This document shows, piece by piece, positions 1-7,480 of a stretch of 15,172 bases of DNA. Each line of letters starts with the position of its first letter. Position 1 is the first letter of the stretch. The position numbers and the translations under genes were made by a program. The notes beneath the pieces are model-generated. The model had not been told where the DNA came from and did no database searches. It saw only the letters and a program-made list of their open reading frames with translations. The stretch comes from Candidatus Fermentibacteraceae bacterium (lineage in GTDB: Bacteria; Fermentibacterota; Fermentibacteria; Fermentibacterales; JCC-6). The DNA is taken from NCBI GenBank assembly GCA_041686025.1, contig JAWLEP010000002.1, positions 25,699 through 40,870 on the forward strand, given 5' to 3'.

Positions 1-2
1 AC

Positions 3-413
3 GAGAGGCCCCGGTACCTGATGGGGGTGGGCAGGCCCGAGGACCTGGTGGACTTCGCGGGCATGGGGGTGGACATGTTCGACTGCGTGGTACCCACCCG
101 CAACGCCAGGGGGGGCAGCTTCTTCGTCCCCGGCGGGCACATCAACATCCGCAACGCCCGCTTCCGCGACGACACCTCACCGGTGCAGCCCGGCTGCCCG
201 TGCTACGCCTGCCGCAACCACAGCAGGGCCTACCTGAGGCACCTGTTCATGAGCCGGGAGTGGATGGCGCCCATACTCACCACCCTCCACAACCTGCAGT
301 ACTTCGCCACGCTGATGCAGGAGATCCGGAGGGCGGTGAGGGAGGACCGGTACGATGACTTCGCCGCGGACTGGCACCGGCGCCGGGCGGGGTTCGACTC
401 CCGCAGCTGGTGA
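3..413 (+). CDS. tgt: tRNA-guanine transglycosylase (queuine tRNA-ribosyltransferase), C-terminal part, truncated by the window edge
   Basis: The frame is open from position 3 (ERPRYLMGVG). It contains YLMGVG.PEDL, GVDMFDCVVPTRNAR, the zinc-binding CPCYAC with a downstream His (LHNL), and SRAYLRHL, all typical of bacterial Tgt. Confidence 0.96.
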   Translation, partial: ERPRYLMGVGRPEDLVDFAGMGVDMFDCVVPTRNARGGSFFVPGGHINIRNARFRDDTSPVQPGCPCYACRNHSRAYLRHLFMSREWMAPILTTLHNLQYFATLMQEIRRAVREDRYDDFAADWHRRRAGFDSRSW

Positions 414-1666
414 TGGGGCCCGAAGAGCTGCTCCTGGAGATCGACTCCCTGGGCAACCGGGTGGGGGGCATATCCCGCCGACGGGGGGAGAAGACGGTCT
501 TCGTACGGGGCGGGCTTCCCGGGGAGCTGGTCCTCTGCAGGCCGGTCTCGGAGAAGAAGAGCTTCGTGGAGGCCGAGCTGCTGGAGGTCCGCCGCCACTC
601 GCCCCGCCGGACCGCCCCCTCCTGTCCCCACTACTCCTGGTGCGGCGGCTGCTCTCTGCAGCACCTGCGGTACGGGCGGCAGCTGCACTGGAAGCGGGAA
701 TGGGTGCGCAACGCGCTTTCCCGCAGGGGAATCGACGGATGCGAGCCCTCGCCCACCGTGGGGAGCCCCGCGGTGACGGGCTACCGCAACAGGGTCACCT
801 TCCAGGTTACCGGCGGAGTCCCGGGGCTGCACGCCTTCCGGGGAGACCCCCGTCCTGTGGACGCCTGCCCCCTGCTTTCGGAGAGGGGCAACGCCATCCT
901 GGGGGAGCTGGCCGGGACCGACCTGGGCGCCTTCGACAGGGTGGCGGTCCGCAGCTCCACCGGGACCGTCTCGGACAGCGTCGAGCTCTATGGGGCCGGT
1001 GAGGGGGAGCCGGAGCTGCAGCTGCCGGAGGCGGTCTCCCTGGCCTGGGAGCGGGACGGGAGGTGGAGAAGCCGCGGCCCCGGGCTGAGGGAGCGGCTGG
1101 CCGGAGTGGAGCTGGAGGTCCCCCCCGGGGGATTTCTGCAGGTGAACACGGGGGCTGCGGAGCTGCTGGTGTCCATGGTGGCCGGGATGTGCGGTCAGGG
1201 CCCCGTCCTCGACCTCTACGCCGGCGTGGGCACCATGGGCCTCTCCCTGGCGGCCGGGGGCAGGCAGGTGCTCTGCGTGGAGCGCAGCAGCAGGGCCGTC
1301 CGCTGCGGGCGCAGGGCCGCCGGCAGGCAGGGCATCGACACGGTGGAGTTCCGCGCCTCCCGGGCCAGGAGCTTCCTGGTGGAGGCCGTGCGGGGGAGGA
1401 CGACCTTCGGGACGGTGGTGGCCGACCCACCCAGGGCCGGCCTGGGCACCCGGGTGGCCAGGCTGCTTCGGCGGCTGCGGGCACCCCGGGTGATCATGGT
1501 GGGCTGCGACCCCTTCGCCATGGCCAGGGACCTGGATATCCTCCTGGGAGGCGGGTACCGGCTGGACAGGGTGCAGCCTCTGGACCTCTTCCCCCAGACC
1601 GACCATGTTGAGACCGTTGCGCTGCTGCTGCTGAACAGGAGTGAGACACCCACCGAAGGGTCTTGA
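410..1666 (+). CDS. rlmD: RlmD/TrmA-family RNA (uracil-5)-methyltransferase with TRAM domain and 4Fe-4S motif
   Basis: N-terminal TRAM-like segment (VFVRGGLPGE), CPHYSWCGGC plus a later Cys (DACP), FLQVN, SAM motif LDLYAGVG, DPPRAG, catalytic-Cys motif VGCDP and DLFPQTDHVE. Start overlaps the tgt stop (GTG 410 or ATG 413). Exact RNA substrate cannot be determined from sequence. Confidence 0.88.
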   Translation: MMGPEELLLEIDSLGNRVGGISRRRGEKTVFVRGGLPGELVLCRPVSEKKSFVEAELLEVRRHSPRRTAPSCPHYSWCGGCSLQHLRYGRQLHWKREWVRNALSRRGIDGCEPSPTVGSPAVTGYRNRVTFQVTGGVPGLHAFRGDPRPVDACPLLSERGNAILGELAGTDLGAFDRVAVRSSTGTVSDSVELYGAGEGEPELQLPEAVSLAWERDGRWRSRGPGLRERLAGVELEVPPGGFLQVNTGAAELLVSMVAGMCGQGPVLDLYAGVGTMGLSLAAGGRQVLCVERSSRAVRCGRRAAGRQGIDTVEFRASRARSFLVEAVRGRTTFGTVVADPPRAGLGTRVARLLRRLRAPRVIMVGCDPFAMARDLDILLGGGYRLDRVQPLDLFPQTDHVETVALLLLNRSETPTEGS

Positions 1667-1680
1667 GGAGGGCGAGTTCA

Positions 1681-3096
1681 ATGAACAGGTCTGTCCAGAT
1701 GACGATAACCCTTGTGTCCGCGGCGATACTGGCGGCCGGGGCTGCCGCGGAGCTGCCCCTCAGCGACCCGCTGTGGAACTGGATGCGGCCGGCTGCCACC
1801 CTGGGGGGAGTACCGCTGTCGAGCATCATGCCTCTCTGCGGTCTGCCCGCCGCCGGTAGCGGGGCATGGGCGCCCCTGCTCGACAGGGCCGGTCGTCTCG
1901 GCGGGGAGGGACGGCATTCCCTGGCCGAGGGTGACTGGATAGGCATCGACGGCCGCGTCGTTCTGGAGGGCGCAGAGGACGATGGTGGCCAGTACCGGGT
2001 GGGCACCGCCCTCCGGCTGGTGGCCGATCTCACGGACAATCTGTCCGTTCACGAGCGGATGTCGGTCTGGGCGGGCGGAGACGAGCGCCCCCCCCACCAC
2101 TTCTCGCGCTACCATATCGGCGAGGAGGAGGGCCGGCACCTCTACGCCGACTGGGGATACATAGCCTATACGCCGGGCACGATCGGCCTGTCAGTGGGCC
2201 GTATCCCCCAGACCTGGGGACCAGGCCGGTACAACAACCTCCTGCTCTCGAGCAACAGCCCGGGGCTGGACATGATGCAGTTCTCGACCTCCCCTGCTGA
2301 ATGGCTTGCGTTCACGGGACTGACCGCAAGCGTGAACACCGACTCGGCTTCCTACCTCTCCATGCACCGGCTGGACATCCGGCCGGCAGCCTCTCTGCGA
2401 ATCGGCCTCAGCGAGGCCATACTCTACTGCTCCGACGGCCTGGAGCTGGCCTACATGAACCCCTTCATCCCCTACTATCCGGTGCAGTGGAACGAGCGAG
2501 ACGACGACAACGCCTTCCTCTGCTTCGACGCGGAGTGGTCCCCCACGCCCGGCCTCTCGGTCTACGGCGAGCTGCTGGTGGACGACTTCCAGTACCAGAC
2601 CACGTACGACCGCCCCAACAAGCTGGCCTGGACGGTGGGAGCCGAGACGGCCACCCCCCCCGGGGGCGCCTGGGCGAACCTGGAGTACACCAGAATCGAC
2701 AGGTACGTCTACAGCCAGCTGCTCAGCCGCAACTACTACCTCCATGATGGGAGGATCATCGGCTCCCCACTCGGGCCGGACACCGACTGCCTGACCCTGG
2801 GCGCCGGCTGGGCCGGGCTTTGGCCGCTGGCCGCCCGGACCACGTTGGACCACATCCGCAACGGCGAGGGCGACATCTACGACGGCTGGCCGGATACGGT
2901 AACCAGCGGGGAGCCCTTCCCTTCCGGAACCGTCGAGCATCTGACCAGAGCCGGCCTGCATCTCTCCGCCTACCCCGCGGGGTCCATGGAGCTCCACGGG
3001 GGCATCTCCCACGACTGGATACGCAATGCCGGCCATCAGCAGGGCGCAGAGGACAGCCAGACGAAGGCGTGGGCCCAGGCGGTATGGAACTGGTAG
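1681..3096 (+). CDS. Capsule assembly Wzi-family-like outer-membrane beta-barrel protein
   Basis: GGAGG at 1667-1671 precedes ATG 1681, followed by a signal peptide. Motifs GRIPQTWGPG..NLLLSSN, HRLDI, IGLSEAILY, YGELLVDD, LEYTRI..YVY and IGSPLGPD resemble Wzi-family proteins. The C-terminal aromatic residue (AVWNW) is typical of BAM substrates. Confidence 0.75.
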   Translation: MNRSVQMTITLVSAAILAAGAAAELPLSDPLWNWMRPAATLGGVPLSSIMPLCGLPAAGSGAWAPLLDRAGRLGGEGRHSLAEGDWIGIDGRVVLEGAEDDGGQYRVGTALRLVADLTDNLSVHERMSVWAGGDERPPHHFSRYHIGEEEGRHLYADWGYIAYTPGTIGLSVGRIPQTWGPGRYNNLLLSSNSPGLDMMQFSTSPAEWLAFTGLTASVNTDSASYLSMHRLDIRPAASLRIGLSEAILYCSDGLELAYMNPFIPYYPVQWNERDDDNAFLCFDAEWSPTPGLSVYGELLVDDFQYQTTYDRPNKLAWTVGAETATPPGGAWANLEYTRIDRYVYSQLLSRNYYLHDGRIIGSPLGPDTDCLTLGAGWAGLWPLAARTTLDHIRNGEGDIYDGWPDTVTSGEPFPSGTVEHLTRAGLHLSAYPAGSMELHGGISHDWIRNAGHQQGAEDSQTKAWAQAVWNW

Positions 3097-3105
3097 CCCC
3101 GCGGG

Positions 3106-3131
3106 TGTAACCTTCCGGGGACCGATCCGTC
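3106..3131 (+). promoter_or_regulatory. Putative ECF sigma-factor promoter (TGTAAC-N16-CGTC)
   Basis: TGTAAC at 3106-3111, a 16-nt spacer and CGTC at 3128-3131 match the AAC...CGT ECF pattern (SigW/SigM/SigX-like). It lies in the 3097-3183 intergenic gap upstream of a DUF4097 gene. Confidence 0.6.
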
Positions 3132-3183
3132 TTAGGGTACGAAGGCGGAAAGAGGTTGCGGGCACCATCGAGAGGATTCCGAG

Positions 3184-3969
3184 ATGAGAGCAGTACTGGT
3201 TACGGCGGCAGCCCTGGCGGCCCTGGGATGCTCCCGGCAGGCGGCGGTCGTGGAGGAGAGCATGCCCTTACAGGTGGGCTCCCGGGTGGACATGTACACC
3301 TTCAACGGCGACATCACGGTGGAGTGGCACCAGGGCACGGAGATGGACCTCAGCTACCAGAAGACCACCTGGCGGGGCGAGGGGGAGCTGGACAAGGTGG
3401 AGGTCACCGTGGCAGAGGAGGGCGACGCCACCATCATCAGGGCGGAGAAGCTGGAGGAGAGCGCCCAGGTGGGCGTGGACCTGGATGTCAGGCTGCCAGA
3501 GGGGGTAAACCTGGGTCGGGTGGAGACCTCCAACGGCAACGTCATCGTAACCGGGGGCAGCGGCGACGCCATCGTGGACACCTCCAACGGCGACATAGTG
3601 TTCCGCGGCTTCAGCGGCAGCGTCAGGGGGGACACCTCCAACGGCGACATAGTGGTTCTGGGCGGAACGCTTCGCTCGGCGGACACCTCCAACGGGGAGA
3701 TCGAGGCCGAGATCCGCTCCCTGCAGGGCTCGCGGACGATACTGGACACCTCCAACGGCAACATCGACGTCTACCTCGGCCCCCAGCTGGACGTGAAGGT
3801 CATCATGGACACCTCCAACGGCTCGGTGTCCGTGTCCGGGCTTCCGGGAGCCGACGTCCGGATAGAGGACTCCGAGGGCACCGCCACCCTGAACGAGGGC
3901 ACCCACGAGCTGGTGCTGGACACCTCCAACGGGGATGTCCGCGTCTACGGCCTCGACGACGTGGAGTAG
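3184..3969 (+). CDS. DUF4097-family beta-strand-repeat lipoprotein
   Basis: RBS GAGAGGA upstream; lipobox MRAVLVTAAALAALG-C. Seven (D/E)TSNG(D/N/E/S)(I/V) repeats plus a TFNGDI variant. Confidence 0.85.
   Translation: MRAVLVTAAALAALGCSRQAAVVEESMPLQVGSRVDMYTFNGDITVEWHQGTEMDLSYQKTTWRGEGELDKVEVTVAEEGDATIIRAEKLEESAQVGVDLDVRLPEGVNLGRVETSNGNVIVTGGSGDAIVDTSNGDIVFRGFSGSVRGDTSNGDIVVLGGTLRSADTSNGEIEAEIRSLQGSRTILDTSNGNIDVYLGPQLDVKVIMDTSNGSVSVSGLPGADVRIEDSEGTATLNEGTHELVLDTSNGDVRVYGLDDVE
3523..3933 (+). repeat. Intragenic coding repeats (GA[C/G]ACCTCCAACGG, encoding [D/E]TSNG)
   Basis: Copies begin at 3523, 3577, 3631, 3682, 3745, 3808 and 3919. All are in frame with the DUF4097 CDS, with spacings that are multiples of 3. 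Confidence 0.9.
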
Positions 3970-3971
3970 GC

Positions 3972-4397
3972 TTGCACCGGAATGCCGCCGCCGGTCTCGG
4001 GCTGGCGCTGACACTGGCCGCCGCCGTCTGCTGCGGCTCCGCCCACAGCCCGCCCCGCAGCGGACTGTCGCTGCAGAACGCCGTGGACATAGCGGTCGGC
4101 GAGGTGGTGGGATCGGACAGCCTCGACAGGACCCTTCTGGCCCTGGGCCACCCCCTGGACCCCGGAGACAGCCTCTTTCCGCAGATGATGGACGATGCAG
4201 CCGGCTACCGCGTGGACCGCAGGTCCTGGCTGCTCTTCCTGGACGACATGAGCTCCTACCGCTGGGCCCATCCGTGCCGCTGGATCCTGGTGGACGCCGC
4301 CACCGGGGAGGTCCGGGTCATACGGGAGAGCTGGTGGCCCGCGCGCCGGGACATGATGGACACGGTGAGGGTCTGGACCCGGCCGGCCGAGGGGTGA
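3972..4397 (+). CDS. Hypothetical exported protein, possibly a lipoprotein
   Basis: TTG at 3972 is preceded by GGAG (3963-3966), just after the DUF4097 stop. The N-terminus MHRNAAAGLGLALTLAAAVCC is signal-like. A globular W-rich segment follows (WLLFLDD...WAHPCRWILVDAATGE). This is the 3' part of the track ORF 3156..4397. Confidence 0.7.
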   Translation: MHRNAAAGLGLALTLAAAVCCGSAHSPPRSGLSLQNAVDIAVGEVVGSDSLDRTLLALGHPLDPGDSLFPQMMDDAAGYRVDRRSWLLFLDDMSSYRWAHPCRWILVDAATGEVRVIRESWWPARRDMMDTVRVWTRPAEG

Positions 4398-4443
4398 GCG
4401 CTTGCCCGGCGACACCCGGATAAACACGGGAAGGGGACTCTCC

Positions 4444-4656
4444 ATGGGCCTCGACTTCGAGCGCTTCTGGCTGGAGGCTCCGGGGACGCCTGGAGGTGGG
4501 CCTGGGCCCGGAAACGGCTGCGGCGGGGGCTTCTACCGGTTCATCTGGGAGTACGTGCTGGACGCCCCCGTGCGGGTGGAGCTGCTGGCCTCCGTGATGG
4601 GGGGAGACGAGATCTGCAGCTTCGCAACAACACCCCTGGACCGAAGTGTCCGCTGA
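4444..4656 (+). pseudogene. Probable internally deleted and frameshifted remnant of a DUF6144-like Cys-motif protein
   Basis: RBS GAAGGGG precedes ATG 4444. MGLDFERFWLE and CGGGFYRFIWEYVLDAPVRVELLASVMGGDEICSF resemble the two termini of a longer family recalled as DUF6144. They are joined by a short G/P-rich linker that reads better in the +1 frame. Confidence 0.5.
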
Positions 4657-5230
4657 AGACCGCAAGGTGGTTTTCGGTACCCGGCGCCTCACGGTGCGGC
4701 GGGCGGACGTTTCCGACGCCGGCCTCTACCTGGAGCTCTGGAACGACCCCGCCGTGATGGCCAATGTAGGCTTTCCGGAAGGACTGGGGACAACCGAGGG
4801 GGAGGTCCTGGAGAAGATAGGGGCGGGCACCGACGAGTTCGACAGCCTGCTGGTGGCGGTCAGAGCCCGGGACGGCATACGGGTGGGAGAGTGCCGCATG
4901 CACCTGCCCGACGGGGACGGAGTGGCCTCCACCGACATCAAGCTGCTTCCGCGCTTCCAGGGCCTGGGGTACGGCACCGAGCTGAAGCTGGGCCTCCTGG
5001 ACAGGCTCTTCCGCACCACGGACTGCAGGGCGGTCCGGGCTACGCCGAACGTGGGCAACGCCGCCTCCGTCGGCATGCAGGAGAAGGTGGGCGGGGTCCG
5101 GGTAGCGGAAGACGTGTTCCGATTCCGCAGGGACATGGGCGTCCCGACCACACCGGTGCACCACTACGTCTACCTCGTAAGCCGCTCCGACTGGGAGAGT
5201 AGGAGGCCTAGCGAAGCCGGCGGAAGGTAG
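4646..5230 (+). CDS. GNAT-family N-acetyltransferase (RimJ/RimL-like)
   Basis: TRRLTVRRADVSDA N-terminus, acetyl-CoA motif LLPRFQGLGYGTE and NAAS...EKVG. The GTG start overlaps the upstream ORF. Confidence 0.85.
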   Translation: MSAEDRKVVFGTRRLTVRRADVSDAGLYLELWNDPAVMANVGFPEGLGTTEGEVLEKIGAGTDEFDSLLVAVRARDGIRVGECRMHLPDGDGVASTDIKLLPRFQGLGYGTELKLGLLDRLFRTTDCRAVRATPNVGNAASVGMQEKVGGVRVAEDVFRFRRDMGVPTTPVHHYVYLVSRSDWESRRPSEAGGR

Positions 5231-5543
5231 TTGTCCTCCCCTGCCGGTGAAGGGTGAAGGCGCTGTCCCCCTGCAGACGCAGAACGAACTCCGCCGCCGT
5301 CTCCGAAGGCGACGGCCCCACCCTCAGAATCAGGCTGTCCCCCTCTTCCAGCGTCCAGTACTGTATCTGGCCGCCCCTGGCCCGCATGGTGCCGTCCTCA
5401 CTGATCTCCACTGTGTTTGCCCGGCCCTCGAAGGTCACGTTCCATCTGCCCACGATCCGCTTTCGCGGACCCTCGGAGGCGCAGGACAAGAGGGCGATCA
5501 GGGCCAGGGTCAGAACGGCCCGCAGACGCACCGTCGGGGCCAT
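5208..5543 (-). CDS. Small hypothetical lipoprotein (beta-rich)
   Basis: ATG at 5543 lies 5 nt after the redoxin stop. Signal MAPTVRLRAVLTLALIALLS-C, then IVGRW and alternating beta-strand patterns. This is the 3' part of track ORF 5208..5858. Confidence 0.65.
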   Translation of the reverse strand: MAPTVRLRAVLTLALIALLSCASEGPRKRIVGRWNVTFEGRANTVEISEDGTMRARGGQIQYWTLEEGDSLILRVGPSPSETAAEFVLRLQGDSAFTLHRQGRTTTFRRLR

Positions 5544-5548
5544 GGAGC

Positions 5549-6751
5549 TCAGTCTGCCAGAACGCTGTCTATGGCCGCCCGGATCTCTTCGGCGGCGTTG
5601 CCCCCGGCGCCCCGGGCCCGGTAGAGGACCCTCCCCTCGGGGTCTATCAGGTAGAGGGTGGGAATGCCGGTGACCAGGTAGTCGGCGGCCACGCTGTCCC
5701 CCTCCAGCGCCAGGGTGTAGGTGAAGCCGCTGTCGGCCATCATGGCCCCCGGGTCGCCCTGCTCCCAGACGTTCACGCCCACCACCTTCACCGCCCGGTC
5801 GGCGTAGTCCTCGTGGATCGCCTGCAGCTCCGGCATCACCATAAGGCAGGGGGCGCACCAGGTGGCCCAGAAGTCCATCACCACCAGGGTATCCTCCAGG
5901 GCCGCCAGGCTGAGGGTGTCACCCGAGGGGGTGGGCAGGGCCCATTCCGGCGCTTCGCTGCCCACCGGAAGGAAGGCCATGTGCTCGGTGACGGTCCAGC
6001 CCTCCGGGGCGAACAGGCGCATCTCTTCGGGCGTTATCTCCACGCCCGTCTCCAGGTGAGAGAGGATGGTGGAGATGGTGAGCTCCTGCCCGTCGCGGCT
6101 CATGACCCGGTCCACCCTGCGGGGCAGGTAGTCGTCCGAGGCGAACCACCACAGCGCCCGCTGTCCGCCGGGGTAGGCCACCTCCACCTTGTGGCACTCC
6201 ACGTCCCCCACCTGCTCGGTGCCCAGGTCGCGCACCGCTTCGGAGGCCAGCTCGTCGGAGAAGGGGTCGTCGTAGATGAGCTCTCCCAGCAGGGCCGGCC
6301 CCAGGGCGCCCAGCAGCTGGTCGGCCCCGTTCTCCACAGCGCCGTAGTTGAGCGTTCGCGATGCGTAGTCCAGGAGGAATACCGAATCGGGGCCGGCGGC
6401 CACCACCAGGCTGTCCACGCCCTCCTGCGTCTCGGCGGTCAGGGTGGCCCGCAGGGCCGTGATCTCTCCCCCGGAACCCTCCAGGGCTACCCGACCGCTG
6501 AGGGAGGGCAGGCCGGCGGCCGGCGCGCCGGAGGCCTCCATTCGGATGTCGTAGGCGGCGGAGCCCACCGCCTCTGCCGCGGAGTCCGCCATGGCCAGGA
6601 CCCGCAGCGCCGAGCTGTCCGGTCCGGCGGGTGGGGCCATGGACGTTGTGTCATCCGGCGCCCGTTCTGCGGGCTCACCCCCGCCCCCTCCGCAGGATGC
6701 GGGGATTAGCAGAGCGGCGGCGGAGAGAATCGCGACTATGGTGGCCTTCAT
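5549..6751 (-). CDS. Lipoprotein with N-terminal LolA/DUF2092-like domain and C-terminal TlpA-family thiol-disulfide redoxin
   Basis: SD GGGAGG and lipoprotein signal (IPAS-C). The middle region has LGTEQVGDVECHKVEV...WWFASDDYLPRRV, a LolA-like fold signature. The C-terminus has APEWAL, VVMDFWATWCAPC and GIPTLYLIDPEGRV. Confidence 0.85.
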   Translation of the reverse strand: MKATIVAILSAAALLIPASCGGGGGEPAERAPDDTTSMAPPAGPDSSALRVLAMADSAAEAVGSAAYDIRMEASGAPAAGLPSLSGRVALEGSGGEITALRATLTAETQEGVDSLVVAAGPDSVFLLDYASRTLNYGAVENGADQLLGALGPALLGELIYDDPFSDELASEAVRDLGTEQVGDVECHKVEVAYPGGQRALWWFASDDYLPRRVDRVMSRDGQELTISTILSHLETGVEITPEEMRLFAPEGWTVTEHMAFLPVGSEAPEWALPTPSGDTLSLAALEDTLVVMDFWATWCAPCLMVMPELQAIHEDYADRAVKVVGVNVWEQGDPGAMMADSGFTYTLALEGDSVAADYLVTGIPTLYLIDPEGRVLYRARGAGGNAAEEIRAAIDSVLAD

Positions 6752-6802
6752 GACAGCCTCCCGGGTTGGTGATCAACAGCAAAGGCTCTGAAGGCCACCA
6801 TA
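6737..6802. repeat. 14-bp perfect inverted repeat with an extended imperfect hairpin over the redoxin translation start
   Basis: TATGGTGGCCTTCA (6737-6750) pairs with TGAAGGCCACCATA (6789-6802). Inner pairs are AGCCT 6755-6759 / AGGCT 6783-6787 and GTTG 6765-6768 / CAAC 6774-6777. Confidence 0.9.
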
Positions 6803-6825
6803 AGCCGCGCCGGGGCATTCGGCAA
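6797..6825 (-). promoter_or_regulatory. Putative sigma-70 promoter for the redoxin gene (TTGCCG-N17-TATGGT)
   Basis: On the minus strand, -35 TTGCCG (6825-6820), a 17-nt spacer and -10 TATGGT (6802-6797). Confidence 0.5.
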
Positions 6826-6835
6826 ACGCAGTCGG

Positions 6836-7456
6836 TCAGAAGAGGGCCTTTATCCCTCCCCAGGTCTCGCTCTGCAGCGAGAGGTCCACCGGCGAGCCGT
6901 GGGCCCGGATCAGGTAGTCGTTGGCCGTCGGCCCCTGGAGTATCCAGGGCTCCCAGACTTCGAAATCGTCGGAGTAGAAGCTGTGGTTGGCCGAGTTCGG
7001 CGAGTCGTCGGAGAGCAGGGCCGGCCAGCCCCCGGAGGACAGCTCGCTGTTCTGCAGTATCCAGAAGTCCGGGTCAGCCAGTATGCTGTCGGCCGGGAAG
7101 ACGATGACGCCGGTCATGTGCGCCGCGGTGACGGTGGTGTCGTACAGCAGCTCCTCCGGGCCGGACTGGGCCCCGTTGTATACCTCCAGGATGAACTGGT
7201 CGGTGTCCCAGGGGTAGCTGCCCGAATGGTAGAACCAGAGCTCCGCCCCCCCCAGCATGAACTGGCAGGGCTCTGAGTAGAAGTCGGCGGTGTGGAACCA
7301 GGTGCCCCTGTAGAGGCCGCCCCAGGTCATCCACCAGGCGGTGCCGTCGTCGTACTGCAGCACGTCGTCGGTGGCCGGAGCTGCAGCCGGCTGGATCATC
7401 TCCCCGCCGGCGCCGGCCGAGGCGGTCAGTGCCATCAGAATCGCAAGAACGCTCAT
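6836..7456 (-). CDS. Hypothetical secreted acidic protein with C-terminal TWGGIKALF motif (paralog 2)
   Basis: Hydrophobic N-terminus and RBS GAAGGGAG. Shares YDDGTAWWMTWGG.YRGTWFHTADFY, LYDTTVTA, SSGGWP, HSF.SDD, WEPW and DYLIRAHG with the neighbouring gene. Confidence 0.85.
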   Translation of the reverse strand: MSVLAILMALTASAGAGGEMIQPAAAPATDDVLQYDDGTAWWMTWGGLYRGTWFHTADFYSEPCQFMLGGAELWFYHSGSYPWDTDQFILEVYNGAQSGPEELLYDTTVTAAHMTGVIVFPADSILADPDFWILQNSELSSGGWPALLSDDSPNSANHSFYSDDFEVWEPWILQGPTANDYLIRAHGSPVDLSLQSETWGGIKALF

Positions 7457-7480
7457 CTGTCTCTCCCTTCCCGGGTGTCC

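Noticed and set aside
3523..3933. Regularly spaced ~15-nt direct repeats resembling a CRISPR array
   Set aside because: They are in-frame codons for DTSNG in a DUF4097 protein. The repeat is too short, spacing is variable and always a multiple of 3, and no cas genes are present.
3156..3971. 5' part of the 413-aa ORF 3156..4397
   Set aside because: It is an off-frame overlap of the DUF4097 gene (HLQR repeats). Only the part from TTG 3972 looks coding.
5849..5870. Possible selenocysteine or recoding in the redoxin active site
   Set aside because: The site reads WCAPC with ordinary Cys codons and no in-frame TGA.
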